NCBI GenBank assembly: GCA_018817315.1
Contig: JAHITV010000018.1
Coordinates: forward strand, 12,012-76,011
Reading direction: 5' to 3'
Origin: Patescibacteria group bacterium
Lineage (GTDB): Bacteria > Patescibacteriota > Patescibacteriia > UBA1558 > UBA10009
DNA length: 64,000 nt
Positions within the stretch are counted from its first letter, which is position 1. The number at the start of each line of letters is the position of its first letter. Below are positions 40,342 to 50,866 of the stretch, piece by piece. The notes under the pieces were generated by a model that searched no databases, was not told where the DNA came from, and saw only the letters and a list, made by a program, of their open reading frames with translations. The position numbers were made by a program, and so were the translations under genes.

Positions 40342-41877
40342 ATGAAGGATTATTACACTTTAAAAAATATCAAAAAAGTAAAGTGGGGGGTTTTGGAAGA
40401 AAACCAGCCAATTAGCTTGTATCCTATTATGTATCCTGGTTGGTGCGGGATTATAAAAGGAACAGGCAGGATTTTAGGTAAGATTCAAAGAAGTATAATT
40501 TGCGTACATCAAAAACTCCATGGTTTTATTTTTATAAATCATAAAGAATGGACAGTCCTTGGTCAATATGCTTTAAAAAAAATTTTAAAAAATTCCTCAT
40601 GGGGCTACAATTTAAATAAAAAGATTCTTAAATACGCAGACGAGTTGATTGATTTTACCCATCATCAGATTTTTAAAGTAAATTTAAAAACAAAAACCAA
40701 AAATCAGCTTTATAAATTGTATAAAGAATACGATACTCGCCACAGCAGATTATACAACCAGGCTATTGTGCCGGTGTATCTGGATTTATACAAACCGCAT
40801 TTAACTTTTTATTTAACTGAATATTTACATCAACAGGTTAAAAAAGTTAAATACAGCAAAACTGCCAAAGAGTGTTTTGCTCTTTTAACAGTGCCGGAAA
40901 AGTTATCCAAAGTCCAATTAGCAGAGAAAGACTTATTGAATTTAGCTTTTAAAATAAAAAAAAGTTTAAGAGGCAGATTATTCAGTAAAAAAAGTGTTTC
41001 TAAAGATTCAGGAAAAAAAATTAATCAGCATATAGAAAAATTCAGGTATCAAGGATATAACTTTGAAGGGCCGGCTTTCCATGATAGTTATTTTGAGAAA
41101 AGATTAAAAGAAATGATAGAAGATAAAATTAGTCCAGCCATTAAACTTAAAGAAATTATTAAAGAAAAGAAGCAAGCCCAAAAAATCCATCAACAGTTAA
41201 TAAAAGATTTAAAAATAGATTATCAACATCACAAACTTCTAGAAATCACCCAAGGTTTTATTTATTCCAAAGACTACCGAAAGATGAGTTTAGTACAGTC
41301 ATATTATGAATTAGAGCCATTACTTAAAGAGATTGGAAGGAGATTGAAGTTAAGTTTGCCAGAAATCAGAAATTGTTTGTTAACAGAGATTAAATTAATG
41401 ACCGAAGGCAATCTTGCTAAACCAAAAGATTTAAATAAAAGAATGAAGGGTTGTTTATTTGTGGTCATAGACAGAAAATTACCAGGCAAAGTGTTGGTTG
41501 ATTCAAGGTATGTAGAAATGAGGAAATACCTCCTTAAAAAAGAAGATTTAACTCAAGTTAATTATTTTCATGGTCAAGCCGCTTGTTTAGGCAAGGCAGA
41601 AGGAACAGTTAAAATAATTAATACCATCAAAGATCTGCCTAAAATGAAAAAAGGCAATATCATGATTTCCCAGATGACCAACCCAGATTTAGTACCAGCC
41701 ATGAAAAAAGCTAAAGCCATAGTTACTGATTTAGGCGGTGTCACCTGTCATGCTGCTATAGTCTCCAGAGAATTAAGAATACCTTGTGTTATTGGAACTA
41801 AAATTGCGACTAAGGTGTTAAGAGATGGTGATAGGGTAGTGGTGGATGCTAATCAAGGTGATGTTAAGAAAACATAG
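40342..41877 (+). CDS. Array paralogue 4 (N-domain + His swivel)
   Basis: TDLGGVTCHAAIVSRELRIPCVIGT. Confidence 0.9.
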   Translation: MKDYYTLKNIKKVKWGVLEENQPISLYPIMYPGWCGIIKGTGRILGKIQRSIICVHQKLHGFIFINHKEWTVLGQYALKKILKNSSWGYNLNKKILKYADELIDFTHHQIFKVNLKTKTKNQLYKLYKEYDTRHSRLYNQAIVPVYLDLYKPHLTFYLTEYLHQQVKKVKYSKTAKECFALLTVPEKLSKVQLAEKDLLNLAFKIKKSLRGRLFSKKSVSKDSGKKINQHIEKFRYQGYNFEGPAFHDSYFEKRLKEMIEDKISPAIKLKEIIKEKKQAQKIHQQLIKDLKIDYQHHKLLEITQGFIYSKDYRKMSLVQSYYELEPLLKEIGRRLKLSLPEIRNCLLTEIKLMTEGNLAKPKDLNKRMKGCLFVVIDRKLPGKVLVDSRYVEMRKYLLKKEDLTQVNYFHGQAACLGKAEGTVKIINTIKDLPKMKKGNIMISQMTNPDLVPAMKKAKAIVTDLGGVTCHAAIVSRELRIPCVIGTKIATKVLRDGDRVVVDANQGDVKKT

Positions 41878-41895
41878 TAAATTATTTATAATCTT

Positions 41896-43503
41896 ATGAA
41901 GTATTTAAAAGATGGTGATCCTTGGTATTTAGCTGAAGATATTCCGGACATGGATTTATTTTTTTCAGAAATTTGGCTTTCCTGTTTTGTTAATGAATTT
42001 AAAAATCCTACTGGCCGGGCGTATAAAAAAATTCTGACGCTTTTTAAGGGTTATCATTTATGGTTTTATTTTGGTGAAAATGATTCCAATTTAGAGGGCG
42101 AACATATCGTTAATAAGTTTATTAAGAACCCAAACTTTGCCAAAAAAGTAAATAAACAAACTATCATTGAAGCGGATAAATTAAGAAAGTTCGCCGAAAA
42201 ATTGCCAGAGGAAAACTTGCAAAAGTTATCCCAAAAACAACTTTGGGAATATTACGCCAATCATGACAAGATCCATACTCATTATTACCAATGGGTTTGG
42301 ATTCCGGTTGGCGCTGATATGTTCCATAATAATTTAACAGAAAGATTAAAACAATATTTAAGAAGTCTTAAGGTAACAGAAGATAAGATTAATGAGTATC
42401 TAGTCGTTTTAACCCAGCCAATGAAAAAATCTTTGATCCAGATTGAAACAGAGGAGTTTTTAAAGATAGCAGATTCAATCCAAAAAGATAAATATTATCA
42501 TAAATTATTTAAGGATTTATACAGAATTTTTGAAGAGCAGGAAGTGACTCCTTATGGCTTGGCTACCCATACACCAGAGTACGAACGATTATTGGAAAAG
42601 AAAATGGATGATCTCAAGGATAAAATCAAAAAGCCGTTGTTGCAAAAAATTTACAATCATTACCAAAAGTATTATTACGTCAAATTCATGTGGATTGGCA
42701 AAGAAGGCGTTAACAGTTTTGATTATTATCTTAAAGAGTTGGTTAAGATTGTTGGCCGGGAACAGAACGCCAAGAAGTTATTGACCGAAAAACAGAAAGA
42801 GCTGCAGCAGATTCTAAAGCAAAGAAAGAAACTGATAAAAAGATTACCAATCACCGGCAAATGGAAAGTATTGTTTGATAATTTTGGTGATTTTATGGTA
42901 ACTAAAATTTATCGGCGCTACGCCCAGATTTATGCTGTTTATCGGATGCAGCCAATTCTCAAGGAAATTGCTAAACGTCTTAAAATCAGCCTTTTTCAAG
43001 TAAGGTTTATGTTGCCTTCAGAGATTGCTAAAGCTTTATTAAAAGGAAAAATCAACCGTCAGGAATTAAAACAGCGCACCCATTTTTGCGTTCATTATAC
43101 AGAAAAAAATTATGAAAAAGTTTTTGTGGGTCAAGAGGCAAAAAAGATGGCTACCTTGATAAAAGCAAAATCTTTGGCTAAGGTAGAAGAGATTAAAGGT
43201 CAAACCGGTTGTATAGGAAAAGCTACGGGCGTTGTTAAAATTATTTTTCGGCCTAAAGATATGGTTAAAATGAATAAAGGCGATGTTTTAGTTTCTATTG
43301 CCACTGATCCTGATATTGTGCCAGCCATGAAAAAAGCAGCAGCCATTGTCACTGAACAGGGCGGTGTTACTTCCCATGCGGCGATTGTCAGCCGAGAACT
43401 AAAAATTCCTTGTGTGATCGGGACTAGAGTTGCAACCAGATTATTAAAGGACGGTGATAAGGTTGAGGTTGATGCTACCAAAGGAATTGTTAAGAGAATA
43501 TAA
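41896..43503 (+). CDS. Array paralogue 5 (N-domain + His swivel)
   Basis: TEQGGVTSHAAIVSRELKIPCVIGT. Confidence 0.9.
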   Translation: MKYLKDGDPWYLAEDIPDMDLFFSEIWLSCFVNEFKNPTGRAYKKILTLFKGYHLWFYFGENDSNLEGEHIVNKFIKNPNFAKKVNKQTIIEADKLRKFAEKLPEENLQKLSQKQLWEYYANHDKIHTHYYQWVWIPVGADMFHNNLTERLKQYLRSLKVTEDKINEYLVVLTQPMKKSLIQIETEEFLKIADSIQKDKYYHKLFKDLYRIFEEQEVTPYGLATHTPEYERLLEKKMDDLKDKIKKPLLQKIYNHYQKYYYVKFMWIGKEGVNSFDYYLKELVKIVGREQNAKKLLTEKQKELQQILKQRKKLIKRLPITGKWKVLFDNFGDFMVTKIYRRYAQIYAVYRMQPILKEIAKRLKISLFQVRFMLPSEIAKALLKGKINRQELKQRTHFCVHYTEKNYEKVFVGQEAKKMATLIKAKSLAKVEEIKGQTGCIGKATGVVKIIFRPKDMVKMNKGDVLVSIATDPDIVPAMKKAAAIVTEQGGVTSHAAIVSRELKIPCVIGTRVATRLLKDGDKVEVDATKGIVKRI

Positions 43504-43611
43504 TATGATTTTATCCCGCTATTGCTTCGCTCATCAGGATGCTCGATTTTGTTGCGAAATCAAAGATTTCGACAAAATCGGCAAAATAATTAAATAATTA
43601 ACCAAAATATT

Positions 43612-44556
43612 ATGATTAAATTTAGAGAGGTGCCAGAAGCACCAAAAGAGTCAAAGGAGGCAAAAGAAAGACTAGAAACAAAAGTAGTTTTAAATTTTTT
43701 ACGTCATGAAGATAAAGAAAAACCTATAGAAGGGCAGTCAAGTGATGAAGTTGAATTGACTGAAGCAGGCAGGCAAGCTGCCATTGACAAAGGAAGGGAG
43801 GAGGGGAAAGAAGGTCATCCAGAAGTGGGTTTTGCTGTAGCCAGTCCTAAACCCAGAGCACAACACACTGCTCTTCTTAGATTGATGTCCGCCAGTAAAG
43901 AAGAATTAACTGATGAAATGGATTTTGAAGAAGCAAAAGCTTTAGTTAATAAGGAATTAGGATTTGGCACAAAAGTAACTCATTTACCAGAATTAGATTT
44001 TCATTTTGTGAATGAATTTAAAAAAAGATTTTTAAAAGCTTATGCCGAAGAAGGCCGGGGTTTAGAGTTTCTTTTACATGAGAGTGATGAGCTAGGTATT
44101 GAGTTAGGTGATAAAGAAAGCTGGTCTTATTCTAAAATGGCAGCTAACATTGCTTCTTTAATTGCCAGAGAAATGATGGTCGGTAATAGTTTTAATCGTA
44201 TTGCCTCAAAAGAGCCGAATAAATATAAAAAATATGATAATCATATAGAAAGATATCTGGGTACCCATCAAACTGTTACTGAATGTTTTTATATGAAAGT
44301 TTTGGAAAAATTACATGGTCGTGAAAAAGCTGAAGAATTTATAGAAATCTTTAGAGATAAGGAGGGTAAAGCTAACGGTTTTGATTTTCAGGGCGGCTTT
44401 AAAGTGGAAATTGTTAATGGTCCTCAAGGTCAAGAAGTTATTTTAGAAGGTGTTCAAGGTTTTGATGATATAGAATTAACTCCCGAGTTACTTAGCGGGA
44501 TAATTAGCGATGCCGAGGAATTAGACAAAAAAATTCCAGAAACACTCCAAACTTAA
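43612..44556 (+). CDS. Histidine phosphatase superfamily-like protein
   Basis: FLRHE..LTEAGRQAA..ASPKPRAQHTA..LPELD..GTHQ follows the phosphoglycerate-mutase-like motif order. Confidence 0.7.
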   Translation: MIKFREVPEAPKESKEAKERLETKVVLNFLRHEDKEKPIEGQSSDEVELTEAGRQAAIDKGREEGKEGHPEVGFAVASPKPRAQHTALLRLMSASKEELTDEMDFEEAKALVNKELGFGTKVTHLPELDFHFVNEFKKRFLKAYAEEGRGLEFLLHESDELGIELGDKESWSYSKMAANIASLIAREMMVGNSFNRIASKEPNKYKKYDNHIERYLGTHQTVTECFYMKVLEKLHGREKAEEFIEIFRDKEGKANGFDFQGGFKVEIVNGPQGQEVILEGVQGFDDIELTPELLSGIISDAEELDKKIPETLQT

Positions 44557-44562
44557 AATAAT

Positions 44563-46023
44563 ATGTCTAAAGAAAATCCTAACAGAAAAAAATGGCTATG
44601 GGAATGGGAAAGGCAAATTAGTTGTTTGATTGCTTATCAATTGGCTAAAACATACACCAAGGACAAAGCCTGGCCTTGGTTAAGAATGCCGGTTTTGTTT
44701 GCTGCCAGAGGCAAAGAAGTTAATTTATATTTTTCTGTTAAAGTAATTAATAAAAGTAGATTATTGGCTAAAAAAATTCAACAAAGCCGTAAATTTATCA
44801 TTGATTATAAAAAAGAAATACAACAGGAGGAAAAATTATTAGCTAAATACTGCCAGGAATTAAAACAAAAGTCTATCAGAGATTTAACCACTAGAAAAAT
44901 AATTAATCTTTTGCAAAAGTTTGGCGAACTATATCGTCAGCACGGCGTTACTCCCATAAGAACGCTTAATCGAATAGGACCAGGAATTGTCAGGAAGTTT
45001 TTTCTGCAAAAATACCAGGAAAAAGAGACTGATAAATGGTTGCCTATTTTATTTGCAGCTACCAGGCAAAGCGTTGATCGTCGGCAAGAAAAGGATATAT
45101 TGATGTTGGCAGGCAAAATCAGCACCCTTAAGAAATTGGCTGATAAAAAAACAGCCATTTTAATTTTTAGTTATTTAGACAAATATCAGTGGTTACCCTG
45201 CGGTTATGCTGAAGAATTGCCATTGCAAAAAAAGGATATAATTAAAAAGTTACAGCAAATTTTAAAAGAAAAGCAGTCACCTGTAATAAAACTCCGTCAA
45301 TTAATTAAAGAAGAAAAAGCTCTTTATCAAAAAAGAAAAAAATTATTAGCAAAACTTAACCTGCCAAGCTATATTGCCAATTTAGTAGAAGCACTTAGTG
45401 AATTTATTTTTTATAAGGATTTTATCAGGATGAATTATAATAAATTACATTTTTATAGTCGTCCGCTTTTTAAAGAAGCAGCTAAGAGATTGCAAGTTTC
45501 TTTAAAGGAATTGACTTATTTCACAGTTTCAGAGATCATTCAATTTTTACAAAGAGGCAAAATAGATAAAAGACTGCTTTTAGCCCGCCTTAGGAATTAT
45601 CTTTGCTATACTAAAGGAAAAGAAATTGAAATTTTAGTAGGTCAAAAAGCCAAAATAAAGGAACAGCAGGAAATTGAAGAGAGAGATAAACAAATAGCTC
45701 AACATTTAATTAAGGGCATTGGTGCTTCAGCAGGATATGCCAAAGGTTCCGTTAAAGTTATCAAACATTTTGTTACAACAGAAAAGATTCCCGCAAATTT
45801 TATTTTAGTTACTCCCATGACAACACCTGAACTAGTTCCTATTGCTAAAAAAGCTTTAGCTATTATTACTGACGAAGGCGGCATTACTTGTCATGCGGCT
45901 ATTGTCAGCCGTGAACTAAAAATACCTTGCGTGATTGGTACAAAAATCGCCACTAAAATTTTTAAAGACGGTGATAAAGTGGAGATTGATGCTAATAAAG
46001 GGATTGTTAAGAAAATCGGTTAG
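44563..46023 (+). CDS. Array paralogue 6 (N-domain + His swivel)
   Basis: TDEGGITCHAAIVSRELKIPCVIGT. Confidence 0.9.
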   Translation: MSKENPNRKKWLWEWERQISCLIAYQLAKTYTKDKAWPWLRMPVLFAARGKEVNLYFSVKVINKSRLLAKKIQQSRKFIIDYKKEIQQEEKLLAKYCQELKQKSIRDLTTRKIINLLQKFGELYRQHGVTPIRTLNRIGPGIVRKFFLQKYQEKETDKWLPILFAATRQSVDRRQEKDILMLAGKISTLKKLADKKTAILIFSYLDKYQWLPCGYAEELPLQKKDIIKKLQQILKEKQSPVIKLRQLIKEEKALYQKRKKLLAKLNLPSYIANLVEALSEFIFYKDFIRMNYNKLHFYSRPLFKEAAKRLQVSLKELTYFTVSEIIQFLQRGKIDKRLLLARLRNYLCYTKGKEIEILVGQKAKIKEQQEIEERDKQIAQHLIKGIGASAGYAKGSVKVIKHFVTTEKIPANFILVTPMTTPELVPIAKKALAIITDEGGITCHAAIVSRELKIPCVIGTKIATKIFKDGDKVEIDANKGIVKKIG

Positions 46024-46027
46024 AAAT

Positions 46028-47005
46028 ATGAGAAATTTTAAGGAAAAAATCAAAACCTATTTTTTAAATCTTCCAAAAGGAATTTTACCGGTAAGTGTTG
46101 ATCCAGATCTTAAAGTTGAAAAGATTAGTGGCGGTGATTATAATTTGAATTTTAAAATTAATGTCAATGGAGAAAAATTTTTACTGCGACTTAACGTTGA
46201 AGCACAAAGTGGTTTAAAGAATCAAATTATGTATGAGTACAAAACCTTAAAGTTCCTGGAACCGTATAAAATAGCGCCAAAAGCGTATTATTTGGATGAT
46301 TCTAAGAAACATTTCCCCTTTGGTTTGATAATTGAAGAGTTTATAGCGGGAAAACGACTGGAAATTTCTTTGGCTTCGTTAAAAAAGTTAGCAAAAACTT
46401 TGGCTCGTTTGCATACCATTCCTTTAGGGAATAGAAATTTTTTGATAAGGTGGCAAAGCCCTTTAAAGGAACAATTGAAATTTGTAACTAATGAGTTTAA
46501 TCGATACAGGCAGAGAAAAATTATTAACAAAGAGTTTATTAATATTGGTAGTAAAATTATTAACAAAGTAAAAAGCCGGTTTAGAGTGATTGAGAAAAAA
46601 TTAAAACCTACTAGTATTATTCATACTGACTTGGTTGCAAGTAATATTATTGATACCGGCTATCAGGCATATTTAGTTGATTGGGAAAAAGGTCGGATTG
46701 AAGATCCTAGTTATGATATAGCGTTTTTCCTTTGCCCATTGATGAATTTATGGGATTGGCCTAGGATACTTACAGAGAAAGAAAAGGAATATTTTCTAAA
46801 AGTTTATGAAGAGGAAAGCGGAGACAAAGCTATCAGGACAAGAATAAATTACCGAATCCATCTGATTATTTTACATTTAGTATTATGGGCGGGAAACCGC
46901 ATTGCCGATGTTAAAGAGGGTTTAATAAGTAAAGAGTTGGGTAGGCAAAATTATGTCAGGTATAGAAAATTATTTGATCTTAATCAACTAAGAAAATATT
47001 TATAA
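46028..47005 (+). CDS. APH/choline-kinase-like phosphotransferase
   Basis: GGDYNLNFK, EFIAG, LARLH, IHTDLVASNI, VDWE, DPSYDIA. Start placed at ATG 46028. Confidence 0.88.
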   Translation: MRNFKEKIKTYFLNLPKGILPVSVDPDLKVEKISGGDYNLNFKINVNGEKFLLRLNVEAQSGLKNQIMYEYKTLKFLEPYKIAPKAYYLDDSKKHFPFGLIIEEFIAGKRLEISLASLKKLAKTLARLHTIPLGNRNFLIRWQSPLKEQLKFVTNEFNRYRQRKIINKEFINIGSKIINKVKSRFRVIEKKLKPTSIIHTDLVASNIIDTGYQAYLVDWEKGRIEDPSYDIAFFLCPLMNLWDWPRILTEKEKEYFLKVYEEESGDKAIRTRINYRIHLIILHLVLWAGNRIADVKEGLISKELGRQNYVRYRKLFDLNQLRKYL

Positions 47006-47009
47006 AAGT

Positions 47010-47975
47010 ATGGAAAAAATATCGGAATCTCCTTTTGAAAAAAAAGAAAAAGAGCCAAACAAAGTTGCTGCCAGATATTATTTTTTTCGGCATGATGAGC
47101 CAGTTTATTCCGATGAGGTGGCAAAGTTAATGAATAGTCATGGATATGAAGTTGAACATTATTCAGGCGCAGAATTTATAGCGGATCAGGAAGTTCCCGA
47201 AGAACAAGAAGGATTTCATCCGTCGGAGAAACAATTAAAGAAGTTCAAGGGTCGGAGAAGATCAGAAACTTTTGAACCGCGTTATGAAATAGAAGATCGT
47301 GCAAAATTTGAGGCAGTTATAAAAGAACCGTCTAGTAGAGAAAATTTGCAACCATTGGTTGGTATTTTAGAAGATAAAAATGTAGTGCCGTTTATTATTA
47401 CTGGTCCTAGAACTAGGCACGGTTTTTCTGCCCAAAGCATAAATAAGAGTTTAAAGGATCAAGGTATAGAAATTGATCAAAAGAGCGTTATAGTGACTGA
47501 TATGTTAACAGATATGAATAAACATTGGATTTATTTAACAGAAATTGCTGAAGAGAAAGGTTTGAAAAATCCCTGGGATGCCATCAGAAACCCAGCTTAT
47601 AAACAAGCATTAGAAGAGAAAAATATTGAAACAATGGTGGATATTGAAGAAAGAATAAAACATTTTTTACAGGTTTTGGATAGATTGTTCAAAAAGCACA
47701 AAACCAATGATCCTTTGCTTTCTGAAAAATTTCCGGCGGTGATTAGTGTTACTTCCGATTATTCTCAACTTACTCTACTCAAAGCTTTAGGAATTAAGGA
47801 GATAAATGGTGAGCCGATTTTGAAATTTAAACCGGACGTTGGTAGTTATGTTGAAGTGGAGTTAATGGAAAATGGTACTGCCAAAATTTATTATCAAGCT
47901 AGAGATCAGCAAAACCCTCAGTTAGTTGGTGAGGTTGATGATTTTTATGGGAAAATCAAGACCAACAAAGTTTAA
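47010..47975 (+). CDS. Divergent histidine-phosphatase-like protein
   Basis: YFFRHDEP near the N-terminus and ITGPRTRH..SA. The second His is apparently absent (VTSD). Confidence 0.45.
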   Translation: MEKISESPFEKKEKEPNKVAARYYFFRHDEPVYSDEVAKLMNSHGYEVEHYSGAEFIADQEVPEEQEGFHPSEKQLKKFKGRRRSETFEPRYEIEDRAKFEAVIKEPSSRENLQPLVGILEDKNVVPFIITGPRTRHGFSAQSINKSLKDQGIEIDQKSVIVTDMLTDMNKHWIYLTEIAEEKGLKNPWDAIRNPAYKQALEEKNIETMVDIEERIKHFLQVLDRLFKKHKTNDPLLSEKFPAVISVTSDYSQLTLLKALGIKEINGEPILKFKPDVGSYVEVELMENGTAKIYYQARDQQNPQLVGEVDDFYGKIKTNKV

Positions 47976-48006
47976 TAATTTTGGAGAATAAAATAAATAG
48001 TTTATT

Positions 48007-49329
48007 ATGCCTCAAAAAATAAAATGGATAAAATTTTTTAGTCGCGGTAATCATCCTTTATTATTTATAGATTCGGTAACTATTGCTTATCGTGATAAAT
48101 ACGCTAAGTATTTTAATTTACCTTTTTAGATGAAATATTTTCTTCGCCACAGTGGAAGCACCTACTTTGAAGAAAAGGAATTTAACGCTATTTACAAAAT
48201 ACTGCAAAAGCGAATAAATACTTTATGGCCTAAAAAGGTTATTTTAAAAATGAGAAAAGATTTAAAACAGCTGATTAAATATGTAAAAAGTTTAGATGCT
48301 AAAAAGATAAACCGTCAACAGTTGGAAAAATTTTTTGAATTGCTTCATTATGCCTGTCAAAGTATTTATTTTACTGTTTTTATGGCTTGGATAATAGAGG
48401 AAGAGGTTGGTAAGCTTACTTTGAATTTTAGCGCTAAAAAAAGAGATTTAATCCTAAGGCTTTGCCGTTCATTCTATTCGCCGGTTCAGGCACAATATAT
48501 CCAAGCTTTAAAACAATTTAAAAAAAGCGATTCTGAATTAGAAATTAAAAAAATTATCAAAAGATTTGGCTGGATTAAAAATTATTTAATGAATGTAAAA
48601 GAACTAACTGTTGAAGATATTAAAGAGGATTTAAAATCATTAGATAAAAAGCTTAAAGAGAAAGCAAAATTTCCCCGAATTCAACTTAATAGTAAATTAA
48701 AAAGATTGGTGAGTTTAGGTCAGCTTTATTCCCAATTTCGTGATTGGCGGTTGTTTGAGTTGAATAAAGTGTTTTATTACACCAAACCCTTTTTTGAAAG
48801 TTATTTTAAAAATACAGGTCTTAACTATGAACAGTTAATACAATTACGGGTAGCTGAATTTTTAAATAAAAAGTTTGATAAAAAAGCAATAATCAAAAGA
48901 CAAAAAGATCATGGAGTGATAATGCAGAATGGTAAAATTACTGTTATTACCGGCAAAGAACTTGCCAAAATTAAAAAAGAAACTGACAGTCAAATTAGTC
49001 AGCAAAAAGAAATTGTAGGAAAAGTAGCAATGACCGGCAAGGTTAGAGGCAGGGTCAGAATAGTTTTACCTTATAATTTTCATCAATTAAAAAAGGGTGA
49101 GATTGTAGTAACTTCAGAAACAACGCCAGAAGCAGTTTCTTATATACGTAATGTTAAAGCCATTATTACTGATGAGGGTGGTATTACTTCCCATGCTGCT
49201 ATTATTTTCAGAGAGTTAGGAATTCCTTGCGTGATTGGTACTAAAATTGTGACTAAAGTGTTGAAAGATGGTGATAAAGTAGAGGTGGATGCAAATAAAG
49301 GAATGGTTAAAGTTATTAAAAACAATTAA
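48007..49329 (+). pseudogene. Array paralogue 7 with in-frame TAG at codon 41 (intact frame resumes at 48130)
   Basis: ATG 48007 gives MPQKIKWIKFFSRGNHPLLF...NLPF*MKYF; C-terminal TDEGGITSHAAIIFRELGIPCVIGT. Confidence 0.75.
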
Positions 49330-49347
49330 AGTCTTAATTTAATATTT

Positions 49348-50862
49348 ATGGCTTATAAAATTTTTGCCCGCGAAGTGGCTGCTCCTTTTTCTCCTATGCT
49401 TTTTTATTCTTTAGCAGAGATTGACGAAAGAGTTAATAAAATAGCGGGTTTTAAAGCAAAATCATCTTTACAAGAAGTCGTAGAAACAAATATCAGGTGG
49501 TGTTTGGAAGAGCAAAACACTTTAGCTATCCAAAAGAAAGTTTTTAAGAAGCTGGCAAAAAAACAGTTTTACCAAAAGGTGGTAAAAGAAAGTTATTCAA
49601 CCTTGGAAAAATTTAAACAAGCAATTCTTTTAATTAGAAAGCAAAATTTTAAAAAATTTACAGCCGGAGAATTAGCCCAATCTTTAGATAATTTTATAAA
49701 GATTTGGATTAAAGCTACTATTTGGGGACATATTATTAATATGTCTGATTTTCATTTTAATTTGTTGAGCGCTAAGCTTATAAAGTTAATCACAGAAAGG
49801 ATTAAAAAAAATAAAATAAAAGTTTCTACTGCCGAAGTGTTTGCCGTTTTAACTACTCCTCTTAAACGGAGTTTGCTTTTAGAGCAAGATCTAAACATGT
49901 TAAAATTACTAAAAGAGATTCAAAAGAATAAAGATTTAGAAAATTCCTTCAGGCAAAATAAAAATTTAAGAGCTAAATTAGAAAAATCATCTCTTTGGCC
50001 TAAAATCAAAGCTCATACCAAAAAATATGATTGGTTGCAGTATCATTATCTCGGTCCTACCATACTTTCGGTAAATTATTTTATTGAACTTTTACAAGGA
50101 TTAGTTAAGCAGAAAGTAAAAGCAGAAGAGAATTTAAAAGACTTAATGAATAAAGAAAAAGAAACAGAGGAGAAACAAGAAGAATTAAAAGATAAACTGA
50201 AATTCACTTCATCAGAGCTTTACTGGATAGAAATGGCTAAAGAGTTTATTTACTTAAAAGGTTATAGAAAAGATCTCACTTTTATGGCTTGCCGCTCTTA
50301 TGAGGACTTGTTAAAGGAGATGGCTAAAAGGTTTGATATTTCTTTAAAACAATTACAGTTTATGACTTTGGAAGAAATCTTAGATGGTTTAAGAAATAAT
50401 AATTATCCAAACCCGGATTTATTAAATGAACGGTTTAAATATTGCGTTATTTATTATCCTCAAGGCAAGGCAAAAGTGTATGTTGGTAAAAAAGCTAGAA
50501 AAATGGCAGAAAAAATTAAGGAAGAGAAAATTTCAGAAAAATTAAGAGAGTTTAAAGGTACGCCTGCTTTTCCGGGTAAAGCTACAGGTAAGGTAATTAA
50601 AGTATTTAATAGTAAAGATATGTCTAAGATGAAAGAAAAAAGGATTTTAGTTTCTCCTGCCACTAATCCTAATATTATGCCGGCTATTACTAAAGCTGCC
50701 GCTATTATCACTGATGAAGGTGGTATTACCTGTCATGCCGCTATCGTCAGCCGAGAATTAAAAATACCTTGTGTTATTGGCACTAAAATTGCTACACAAG
50801 TTCTTAAAGACGGTGATAAAGTGGAGGTAGATGCGGAGCAGGGTATTGTCAAAATTTTATAA
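49348..50862 (+). CDS. Array paralogue 8 (N-domain + His swivel)
   Basis: TDEGGITCHAAIVSRELKIPCVIGT. Confidence 0.9.
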   Translation: MAYKIFAREVAAPFSPMLFYSLAEIDERVNKIAGFKAKSSLQEVVETNIRWCLEEQNTLAIQKKVFKKLAKKQFYQKVVKESYSTLEKFKQAILLIRKQNFKKFTAGELAQSLDNFIKIWIKATIWGHIINMSDFHFNLLSAKLIKLITERIKKNKIKVSTAEVFAVLTTPLKRSLLLEQDLNMLKLLKEIQKNKDLENSFRQNKNLRAKLEKSSLWPKIKAHTKKYDWLQYHYLGPTILSVNYFIELLQGLVKQKVKAEENLKDLMNKEKETEEKQEELKDKLKFTSSELYWIEMAKEFIYLKGYRKDLTFMACRSYEDLLKEMAKRFDISLKQLQFMTLEEILDGLRNNNYPNPDLLNERFKYCVIYYPQGKAKVYVGKKARKMAEKIKEEKISEKLREFKGTPAFPGKATGKVIKVFNSKDMSKMKEKRILVSPATNPNIMPAITKAAAIITDEGGITCHAAIVSRELKIPCVIGTKIATQVLKDGDKVEVDAEQGIVKIL

Positions 50863-50866
50863 ATTT

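Noticed and set aside
48127-48129. Genome-wide stop-codon reassignment or pyrrolysine
   Set aside because: TAG and TGA end other genes normally (e.g. TAG at 41877 and 46023, TGA in leuS), and there are no pyl genes in the window.
40029-50711. Recurrent similar minus-strand ORFs (40029, 43200, 45699, 49140, 50460)
   Set aside because: They are antisense shadows of the conserved swivel-domain coding sequence.
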